Below are positions 35,714 to 42,573 of a DNA stretch of 42,573 nt, one piece after another; positions within the stretch are counted from its first letter, which is position 1, and each line of letters opens with the position of its first letter. The notes under the pieces are model-generated. The model made no database searches and was not told the DNA's origin. It saw nothing but the letters and a program-made list of their open reading frames with translations. Both the position numbers and the translations under genes were made by a program. The stretch comes from a virus (lineage: Duplodnaviria; Caudoviricetes). The DNA is taken from positions 1-42,573 of IMG/VR virus record IMGVR_UViG_3300020044_001154; one strand, written 5' to 3'.

Positions 35714-36493
35714 ATGGAACTGTTCAACCGCGATGGAAAAGAGTTTACCGGCACACCCGAAATCAACGAGAAGGGCAAGCCCTACACGCAGGTAGCCATC
35801 ACCTGCGACCGTTGTCACGTTATCGGCGGACGCCGCCTGTGGATCATGGGGATCGAGAACAACCGCCCCTACAGCAAGACTGGCTTTGACTGCTGGACAT
35901 GCGGCAACACAGGTGTTCGCAAGATGGTGGACGACCGCCTCTACACCGCCGAAGAACTGGCGAAGATCAATGCTGCTGCTCAGAAGCGTGCAACTAAGCG
36001 TTTCGAGGCAGAGCAGGCAGCAGCCGCCGCCAAAGCCGCTGAGCGTGTTATTGCCGAAGCTGACTATCGCGCCGCCAACGCAGACTTTCTGGCAAAAATC
36101 GCTACCTTGTGCGTTGGTGACGGTCAGGCATTCTGGGACAGGCTGGCTGCTGACCTCCTAAACTGGCTCAGAGCGCCTACAGAGCGTCAGGCTGCTATGG
36201 TTGAGGCAGAGGTAGCCAAACGCGCTCAAAACGCCGCCAGCGCCTTCGTAGGGGCTGTGGGCGACAAGATTGTCTTGACGATCACGATTGAGCGCCTGAT
36301 CCCGCTAGAGAGCCAGTTCGGGACGACCTACATCAATCTGTGCCGCGACCAGCAGGGCAACGTAATTGTCTACAAGGGAAACTCAAACATTGGTGAGGTT
36401 GGCGAGACCGTGAATGTCAGAGCTACCGTCAAAGAACACGTTCTCTACAGCGGCGCGAACCAGACGGTGATTCAGCGTCCGAAGCTGGTATAA
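35714..36493 (+). CDS. Early protein with a Zn-finger N-terminus and OB-fold-like C-terminus
   Basis: CDRC…CWTCGNTG; FVGAVGDK…VRATVKEH…QTVIQRPK. Confidence 0.7.
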   Translation: MELFNRDGKEFTGTPEINEKGKPYTQVAITCDRCHVIGGRRLWIMGIENNRPYSKTGFDCWTCGNTGVRKMVDDRLYTAEELAKINAAAQKRATKRFEAEQAAAAAKAAERVIAEADYRAANADFLAKIATLCVGDGQAFWDRLAADLLNWLRAPTERQAAMVEAEVAKRAQNAASAFVGAVGDKIVLTITIERLIPLESQFGTTYINLCRDQQGNVIVYKGNSNIGEVGETVNVRATVKEHVLYSGANQTVIQRPKLV

Positions 36494-36501
36494 AAATAAT
36501 T

Positions 36502-36581
36502 GCAAAAGGGGCTTGACCGCCCCCTTTGTTTAATTTAATATCGCATCACGGTCGAGTGACCGGACAGTGAAGGAAAGCAAA
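36502..36581 (+). promoter_or_regulatory. Promoter-leader cassette 3, overlapping a terminator hairpin
   Basis: TTGACC-17-TAATAT; -35 box within gggggc…gccccc; CAGTGAAGGA. Confidence 0.7.
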
Positions 36582-36830
36582 ATGAAAACAGAAACGCTTA
36601 AATCGACAGACGGAATTAACGCTATAGTGTCAAAGGCAAAAAGTTTAGTTACTGGGCCAATATTTGATGAGTCCGAGATATACATTGAAGACCGCCCCAT
36701 GCTTTCCGTGGCGGCATTTCGGCGCGGCGGGAAAGCAATTATTAGGTATCGCAAAGGCGCAAACACTGTTAGCAAATCAGCGTTTTTATTTGCGCTATCG
36801 CCGTCACCGATTACAGACTTGTGCAACTAG
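36582..36830 (+). CDS. Hypothetical protein
   Basis: Directly downstream of cassette 3. Confidence 0.6.
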   Translation: MKTETLKSTDGINAIVSKAKSLVTGPIFDESEIYIEDRPMLSVAAFRRGGKAIIRYRKGANTVSKSAFLFALSPSPITDLCN

Positions 36831-36865
36831 CGCGAGATTGTTGACTCAACCGAAAGGAAATCAAA

Positions 36866-37174
36866 ATGAACTACGCAAATCACATTGGCTACACAGACGT
36901 TACCCCTTATGAAGTGATCCGCGCCGTCAGCGACAAAACGCTTGAAGTGCGCGAGATGAAAGCCGTCCGTGACGAGAGCATCAAGCTGGAGTGGGTGGCT
37001 GGCGGCTTCGCTGGTCACTGCGTCAATCAGATTGATCAGGAGTGGACGATCACACCGGATGCCTCGCGCCCGATCATTCGCATTCGTTTGGGTAAGCGCG
37101 GCTGGCAGGACAAGAATGGTGCGAGGTTCAAACTGAACGACAAGCCCCTCAAATTCTACGACTATAATTTTTAA
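36866..37174 (+). CDS. Conserved phage protein
   Basis: GYTDVTPYEV…GGFAGHC…KFYDYNF; gaaagga RBS. Confidence 0.75.
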   Translation: MNYANHIGYTDVTPYEVIRAVSDKTLEVREMKAVRDESIKLEWVAGGFAGHCVNQIDQEWTITPDASRPIIRIRLGKRGWQDKNGARFKLNDKPLKFYDYNF

Positions 37175-37179
37175 TTGCA

Positions 37180-37258
37180 GGGGGGGGGTTGACACCCCTC
37201 TTTGTTTAACCTAATATCACCCTACTACCACTTGGTAGAACAGTGAAGGAAAAGCAAA
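37180..37258 (+). promoter_or_regulatory. Promoter-leader cassette 4, overlapping a terminator hairpin
   Basis: TTGACA-17-TAATAT within a G-run…cccctc-tttgttt; CAGTGAAGGA. Confidence 0.7.
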
Positions 37259-37471
37259 ATGAAAACGCCAGCAAATGTTACCCGCGCCATCAAAAACTAC
37301 AGCGAACAAACTTGCCGCGAAGCATATGACCTCAACCGTCGTTGGGGTGAGGGTGCCAATTCAATATCGCACCAACTGTCTGGCCTGAATACAACGCGCC
37401 AAGCGGACGCGGCAATCAATGCTGGTTGCTGGCTTGTTGACCAAGCCGAGTATGTTCGCTTCTACAGTTAA
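37259..37471 (+). CDS. Hypothetical protein
   Basis: Directly downstream of cassette 4. Confidence 0.65.
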   Translation: MKTPANVTRAIKNYSEQTCREAYDLNRRWGEGANSISHQLSGLNTTRQADAAINAGCWLVDQAEYVRFYS

Positions 37472-37478
37472 ATAACTA

Positions 37479-37497
37479 GCGCCCCCTCGGGGGGCGC
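37479..37497 (+). other. GC-rich intergenic hairpin
   Basis: gcgcccc…ggggcgc with no U tract. Confidence 0.5.
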
Positions 37498-37509
37498 ATC
37501 TTAAAGGGA

Positions 37510-37806
37510 ATGAATATGAAAACGATGGCAGAACTTGAAATGGAAAGTCCCGCAGAATTCCGCAACCCAGTTCGCACGCCTGAGCAAGAGGCGATGCTGG
37601 AAAAGATGCACGCAGAGCGCAAGGCGCATGAAGAGCAATACATGGCGATTGACGAGATCATTACCTCGTTTCTCAACCCTCCTATCCCTGTCCGCAGCAT
37701 GGACTGGCAGGCAACGCGCAAGGGCTACGATGAGGGCGACCTGATCGGACGCGGCGCTACAGAGCAGGATGCGATTAACGATTTGCTTGAACAGGAGGGG
37801 CAATAA
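37510..37806 (+). CDS. Hypothetical protein
   Basis: PPIPVRSMDWQAT…GRGATEQDAINDL. Confidence 0.7.
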   Translation: MNMKTMAELEMESPAEFRNPVRTPEQEAMLEKMHAERKAHEEQYMAIDEIITSFLNPPIPVRSMDWQATRKGYDEGDLIGRGATEQDAINDLLEQEGQ

Positions 37807-38102
37807 TGGCTACCGCACAGGACGTTGAGGATCGCGCAAAGGAAATCGCTATCGAAGTCCTTTACGACGGGGACACGGACGAGTTTGAGCAATACATGAA
37901 CGGGATGGAGAGCGAAGATATCAACAAGCCGCTGATGGCTGCTCTGAAGGCGTTGTCTAACAAGGGGCAGTGGAACAACAGCGGCTGGATGTATGAAGCC
38001 CTGCGTCATCTGGAAGAAGTCCGCAAGATTGTAGAGCGCGAACAGACTCGGGACGTAGAGCGTTTTGAGGATCAGGCGCGTGAAGAACTCGGAGACGCAT
38101 GA
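37806..38102 (+). CDS. Acidic hypothetical protein
   Basis: ggagg RBS; TAATG coupling. Confidence 0.65.
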   Translation: MATAQDVEDRAKEIAIEVLYDGDTDEFEQYMNGMESEDINKPLMAALKALSNKGQWNNSGWMYEALRHLEEVRKIVEREQTRDVERFEDQAREELGDA

Positions 38103-38452
38103 TGCTGACAGACGAGGACTACGATGACGACACGCACCTGTGTCACACAAGGCTCAACGGCATGAGGCGCGAGATTGAAGTCGGCAGTAAAAGCGGCGTC
38201 GAATACATTGCTCAAGTGGCGGAACACATCAAGAAAAGCTACTACTTGCTCAAGGCTTTTGAAAACGAGCAGGAAGCAGCCCATTTTTACCACGAAATGG
38301 AATTCAATCCACGGGGCAGGAAGCGGCTCATCAAAGTAGATAACCGTGTGGTGACTGTGCTGTTTGAAAAGATGGGGCATAAGTTAACTAAAAATGATTT
38401 GACCCCGTTCAAAAAGATCAATAAAATCAGCACAAGGGCGTTAGCTGTGTGA
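38099..38452 (+). CDS. Hypothetical protein
   Basis: ATGA coupling. Confidence 0.6.
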   Translation: MMLTDEDYDDDTHLCHTRLNGMRREIEVGSKSGVEYIAQVAEHIKKSYYLLKAFENEQEAAHFYHEMEFNPRGRKRLIKVDNRVVTVLFEKMGHKLTKNDLTPFKKINKISTRALAV

Positions 38453-38454
38453 TT

Positions 38455-38546
38455 CAGCGGCGTCCTCCCCGCTGGGGATTCTCGACGGGGAAATCTGTTC
38501 TAGCCGCGATATCCCCGCGTCGAAAACGCCGGACACAGTAACCGGC
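38455..38546 (+). other. Three-hairpin structured leader upstream of terS
   Basis: cagcgg/ccgctg; tcgacg-gggaaatc/gatatccc-cgtcga; gccgg/ccggc. Confidence 0.45.
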
Positions 38547-38576
38547 ACCCCTACTACTTTGGGAAAAGGAACGGAT

Positions 38577-39176
38577 ATGTTCAAAACGCCTCAGGAACGC
38601 GCCATAGCCGCCAAAGCCCCGCAGAAAGGGGTGAGTGCCAAGAAGCCGCGTAAAGCCCCGCAAAAGACCGCTATGCAAGGCGTGGACATAGACGCAATCC
38701 ATCAGGTCAAGCGCAAGGTAGGCAGACCCTCAAAATACAACGAACAGATCGCCGACGAAATCTGCGCTGGACTGGCAATGGGAAAGCCCCTGCCAAAAAT
38801 AGTCGAGGCAAAACATATGCCTAGTGCTGTTTCGGTATATGCATGGCTCCGTATATACCCAGAATTTCTTAAGCGCTACGAAACGGCAAGACAGGACGGG
38901 GCGCACACATACGCCTACCAGATCGCAGAAATCATCGACGAGGAGCCGTCTTACGTGATGGACGAGAAGGGTAACGAGCGTATCGACCCTGCCAGTATCG
39001 CGCACAAGCGCCTGCGGATGGATGGCAGGAAGTGGCTGGCTGCGAAGTATCTGCCGAAAGCGTATGGCGAGCGGCTGCAACACGAGGGCGTGGAGGATGG
39101 TGCGCCGATCAAGGTAGACCACGGCATCTTTGACGCTCTGATCCAGAATATCGAACTCACCCGCCAATCTGACTGA
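38577..39176 (+). CDS. terS: Terminase small subunit
   Basis: GRPSKY…ICAGLAMG…MPS…VYAWL…LRMDGRKWLAAKYLPKAYG; directly precedes terL. Confidence 0.85.
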   Translation: MFKTPQERAIAAKAPQKGVSAKKPRKAPQKTAMQGVDIDAIHQVKRKVGRPSKYNEQIADEICAGLAMGKPLPKIVEAKHMPSAVSVYAWLRIYPEFLKRYETARQDGAHTYAYQIAEIIDEEPSYVMDEKGNERIDPASIAHKRLRMDGRKWLAAKYLPKAYGERLQHEGVEDGAPIKVDHGIFDALIQNIELTRQSD

Positions 39177-40600
39177 TGGAAGAGGTTGCCGACATACTCA
39201 AGTCCGAGGATGTCAGGCGGCAGTATGCTTCCCTTCCTGCCGATTATAGGGCAGGCTTTGAGTGGCGTGCCAAGTGGATGATGACTGCTCACAAGCACCA
39301 GATTGTGCCTGCTGGCGATTGGTGGGCGATCTGGCTCCTCCAAGCCGGGAGGGGTGCCGGTAAGACGCGGACAGCGGCAGAGCAGATAGGCTGGTGGGCG
39401 TGGCAGATGCCGAAGACGCGCTGGCTGGTAGCTGCCCCGACAAGCTCAGACGTTCGCGGAACCTGCTTTGAAGGTGACAGCGGTCTGGTCAACGTCGTCC
39501 CGCCGCTGCTGGTCAGGGACTACAACAAGTCTCTCCACGAAATGACCCTGATCAACGGAAGCCTGATCAAAGGTATTCCGGCGAGTGAGCCTGAACGGTT
39601 TCGGGGGGCGCAGTGGCATGGCGCTTGGTGTGACGAGCTTGCCGCGTGGGACTATTTGCAAGACGCATGGGATCAGATCATGTTGAGCGTCCGTCTCGGG
39701 AAGCAGACGCGGGTGATCTGCACCACAACGCCAAAGCCGCGAGACCTGATCGTCGAGTTGAACGGCAGGGAGGGTGACGATGTGGTGATCACCCGCGCCA
39801 GCACGCACGCGAACCTAGAGAACCTGTCGCCCACCTTCAAGAAGCAGATCATGCAGTTTGAGGGGACGAGTCTCGGCAGGCAGGAGATATATGCAGAACT
39901 GATCGACCCCGAAGAATCGGGCATCGTGAAGCGCGACTGGTTCAAGCTGTGGCCCCCTGAGAAGCCGCTGCCCAAGTTTGAATACATCCTCCAGAGCTAC
40001 GACTGTGCGACCTCGGAGAAGACCGCTAATGACCCCACGGCGTGTATTACATGGGGCATTTTCAAGCCGCTGGATAGCCCGATGTCGGTCATGATGATCG
40101 ACTGTTGGCAGGACAGGCTGCAATACCCTGACCTCAGGCCAAAGGTGATCGACGAATACAAGAACGTATATGGTACGGAGGAGGGCAAGAGTATTGGCGG
40201 GAAGAAGGTTGACCTGATCCTGATCGAAGACAAGAGCGCCGGTATCAGCCTGATCCAAGACCTGCAACGCGCCTACCTGCCGGTGCAGGCTTATAACCCG
40301 GGCCGCGCCGACAAGAACCAGCGCCTGTCCATCGTGGCCCCGATCATCAAGTCAGGGCGGGTCTGGATACCGGAGAGCAGCAGCCGCAAGGGATACGTCA
40401 GGGACTGGGCGGAGGGCTGCATCAGCCAGATATGCGCCTTCCCCGACACAACGCACGACGACTTCTGTGACGCAGCGAGTCAGGGCTTGCGCTATCTGCG
40501 AGACGGGGGATGGTTAGACATCGACCCTGAGCCGCGCTATGATGACGACGATTACCTAGACGAGACGCGCCAGTCGCGGGGGAACCCTTATGCCCAGTAA
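39176..40600 (+). CDS. terL: Terminase large subunit
   Basis: AGRGAGKT Walker A; AWCDE Walker B; TTTPKP; QSYDCA; HDDFCDA nuclease motifs. Confidence 0.95.
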   Translation: MEEVADILKSEDVRRQYASLPADYRAGFEWRAKWMMTAHKHQIVPAGDWWAIWLLQAGRGAGKTRTAAEQIGWWAWQMPKTRWLVAAPTSSDVRGTCFEGDSGLVNVVPPLLVRDYNKSLHEMTLINGSLIKGIPASEPERFRGAQWHGAWCDELAAWDYLQDAWDQIMLSVRLGKQTRVICTTTPKPRDLIVELNGREGDDVVITRASTHANLENLSPTFKKQIMQFEGTSLGRQEIYAELIDPEESGIVKRDWFKLWPPEKPLPKFEYILQSYDCATSEKTANDPTACITWGIFKPLDSPMSVMMIDCWQDRLQYPDLRPKVIDEYKNVYGTEEGKSIGGKKVDLILIEDKSAGISLIQDLQRAYLPVQAYNPGRADKNQRLSIVAPIIKSGRVWIPESSSRKGYVRDWAEGCISQICAFPDTTHDDFCDAASQGLRYLRDGGWLDIDPEPRYDDDDYLDETRQSRGNPYAQ

Positions 40601-42573
40601 ACTTGAGATATTGCGACGGTTAGCTCTCAGTCAGAAGGGCGCGTATGGCGCTCAACGTGTCGAGCGTGCTGCTGATGAGATCAAGAACCTGACGAAGCTG
40701 TATAGCCCACGTGCGCTGGAATCCGCATTCCTTGGTGACAATGCCAAGGCGCTGATGACGATGAACCCCAAAGACTTTGAGCGGTATGCAATTCCACTTG
40801 AAAATACTGGTAATGATATAGATTACGACAACATAAAAAAACTGCGTAACATACGCGGCGGGTTTTCTGATGTTCCTTTTCTTGAAATCAACAAGGAGAG
40901 GCAAGGATTGCCTACTATTCCGTTCATCTCAGGGCATGAGGGGCGTCACCGCAATCGCGCTATGGCTGCGTCAGGTGAGCAGGCGGGACTTGTCAGGTTG
41001 GAACCAAGGGCTGAGTTGAGGGAGCCATTCCCGCGCAGGACGCAGGAGGAGTATATAGAGGCGCTGCGTCAGGAGTTGGGGATGACCGGAAACAAGGTAA
41101 TTCCTGAGGCTGACTATGAGCGCAAGAAGCGGGAGGAGTATATGGAATCTTTACGTCAGAGGTCTGGTATGACTGGCGACAAAGTAATTCCTCAGGGGAA
41201 CTATGAGGGCATAGACTTGCCTCCCATATATAAGAAAGGCGGCGCAGTCTCGCAGGACGCCATGCGATTGGCGGTCATGAACAAGAAGGTGCAGAAGAAG
41301 GCGGGTGGTGGTGCGTTGAAGACCGCCAAGGAACTGTGGGACATTGCCAAGGGAACGCGGTCAAAGGCGGCGCAGATAGAGGCTGGTCTGTATCACCCTA
41401 TTGGTGGCGGAGTGAAGCTGAGTAAGCCTGTCCCGTTTATGGACTTTAAGACCGTCGAAGACCCATCAGTTAAGATGGCGCAGCGGCGCATCATTTCGCC
41501 TGAAGCATTGCAGGGCGGTATTGCCATGCCGCTTGTTGGTGATCGTGCGGCGGCTGGCAGGATTCTGACTGACGTTGGCGGTAAAAGGTTAACCTCTCCG
41601 GTAACCTTGGAGGGTGGGCCGGAATACATGCTGACGCACGCATCAGACGATCCTAACGTCAGTGCTGCTTGGGCGTCTGGCAAGGATGTTGTGAGTGGAC
41701 TGAGCAAGCAGGCGAGTTCTTTGGGTGAGTCTGGTCGCCCTGTATATGGCGTTAATGTTATTGGCTCTCCGACCAATGTTGACTTCAACACGATGGTTAC
41801 GGACGCGGTATTGGGGCAATTTGACCCGTCCTCGTTGACCAAGAAGGCAAAAAAAGAGTTTACGAAAGAGTTAAGGAATTACGTCCCTGACCCCAAGAAG
41901 CCGCACATTATCCCCGGCAAGAACTTCGTCGGCCTCGATGACGTAGAGACGATGCGGCAGCAATTGCTTGACCCAAGTAATGGCGAGTTACGCAAAGCGT
42001 TCATTAACCGCATGGGGACGGCAAAATACAGGGATATGGGATTCCCTGATGTTGCGGAGGCAAGGCTTGCTACCACAGAGCCTAGCATTGTTGAGCAGCC
42101 GTTGGGCATGGCTGGATTTACGATTGCCAAGCTAGACCCGGCGGGAAAGATTATTGAAACCCCAGTTCGTGAGCATGGGACGTATCCTGTTGCGTTAGGT
42201 GGCAAATACGAAGGCTCGCTTGAGAGTCTTGTTCCTTATAAAGAGTTCTTCCCCTCTTTTGACATGTATCGCAGGAGTTTCGGCGCTAATCCTTCTTCGG
42301 ATTACAGGGCATTTTCCCTGTCGCCTATATCACAAGAGTTGGATCAGCAGTGGCTTGACACTGTAATGAAGTCCATGGGAAAAGACCTGCCCTCTGTTGG
42401 CGAATACAAAGACGGCGGTTCTGTGAAAGGCGGCAAGCTGGTCGATGAGTTAATCAACGAGGCGAAGAAGAAGCAGCAAGCGCCTGTCAATCCTTTTAGG
42501 ATGCCAACAGAGAAGCAGTCGCAGTATGAGAAGGACATCCGCCAGAACATGGCAAACCAGCAGGAAGCGCGGG
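40590..42573 (+). CDS. Large multi-module protein, open at the window end (>660 aa); N-terminal ParB/Srx-like module
   Basis: Hand-translated with no stop from ATG 40590 (MPSKLEILRR…); ISGHEGRHRNRAM; modules separated by YKKGGAV, KKAGGG and YKDGGSVKGG. Confidence 0.8.
   Translation, partial: MPSKLEILRRLALSQKGAYGAQRVERAADEIKNLTKLYSPRALESAFLGDNAKALMTMNPKDFERYAIPLENTGNDIDYDNIKKLRNIRGGFSDVPFLEINKERQGLPTIPFISGHEGRHRNRAMAASGEQAGLVRLEPRAELREPFPRRTQEEYIEALRQELGMTGNKVIPEADYERKKREEYMESLRQRSGMTGDKVIPQGNYEGIDLPPIYKKGGAVSQDAMRLAVMNKKVQKKAGGGALKTAKELWDIAKGTRSKAAQIEAGLYHPIGGGVKLSKPVPFMDFKTVEDPSVKMAQRRIISPEALQGGIAMPLVGDRAAAGRILTDVGGKRLTSPVTLEGGPEYMLTHASDDPNVSAAWASGKDVVSGLSKQASSLGESGRPVYGVNVIGSPTNVDFNTMVTDAVLGQFDPSSLTKKAKKEFTKELRNYVPDPKKPHIIPGKNFVGLDDVETMRQQLLDPSNGELRKAFINRMGTAKYRDMGFPDVAEARLATTEPSIVEQPLGMAGFTIAKLDPAGKIIETPVREHGTYPVALGGKYEGSLESLVPYKEFFPSFDMYRRSFGANPSSDYRAFSLSPISQELDQQWLDTVMKSMGKDLPSVGEYKDGGSVKGGKLVDELINEAKKKQQAPVNPFRMPTEKQSQYEKDIRQNMANQQEAR

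Noticed and set aside
40620-42550. Minus-strand ORFs listed after terL
   Set aside because: They are antisense shadows of the unlisted continuous + strand ORF starting at 40590.
1-42573. Stop-codon reassignment
   Set aside because: Standard code 11 gives intact conserved genes at high density, and TAA, TAG and TGA all end genes at sensible boundaries.

Overview
The window is most of a tailed dsDNA phage genome (Caudoviricetes). It has podovirus-like virion genes and lambdoid-like replication genes. A proteobacterial host is inferred from sigma70-type promoters and gene content. Layout: 1-22.8 kb (+) holds head-completion, tail and fibre genes, an embedded lysis cassette (holins, GH108 endolysin) and large probable internal/ejected virion proteins. 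22.8-24.8 kb (-) holds a PD-(D/E)XK exonuclease and an SSB-like protein. 24.9-28.7 kb (+) holds a Cro-like HTH, two DUF1376 genes, a primase Zn finger, a T7 gp4/Twinkle-like helicase and a resolvase-like nuclease. 28.7-38.5 kb (+) holds small modular accessory genes, a Ref-like nuclease, a DNA methyltransferase and repeated promoter-leader cassettes. From 38.6 kb come terS, terL and a large open-ended ORF missing from the supplied track. I recognised no portal, major capsid, integrase, CI, polymerase, tRNA or CRISPR array. Most notable: (1) a recurring basic-x-GG motif that separates modules in several virion-region proteins; (2) two C4-antisense-like structured RNAs with different seed sequences, one gene-less and pointing at a G6AG7 tract; (3) nested domain repeats in a tail protein; (4) conserved promoter/5'-hairpin/CAGTGAAGG leader cassettes. 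All calls come from reading the sequence by eye; no searches were run.
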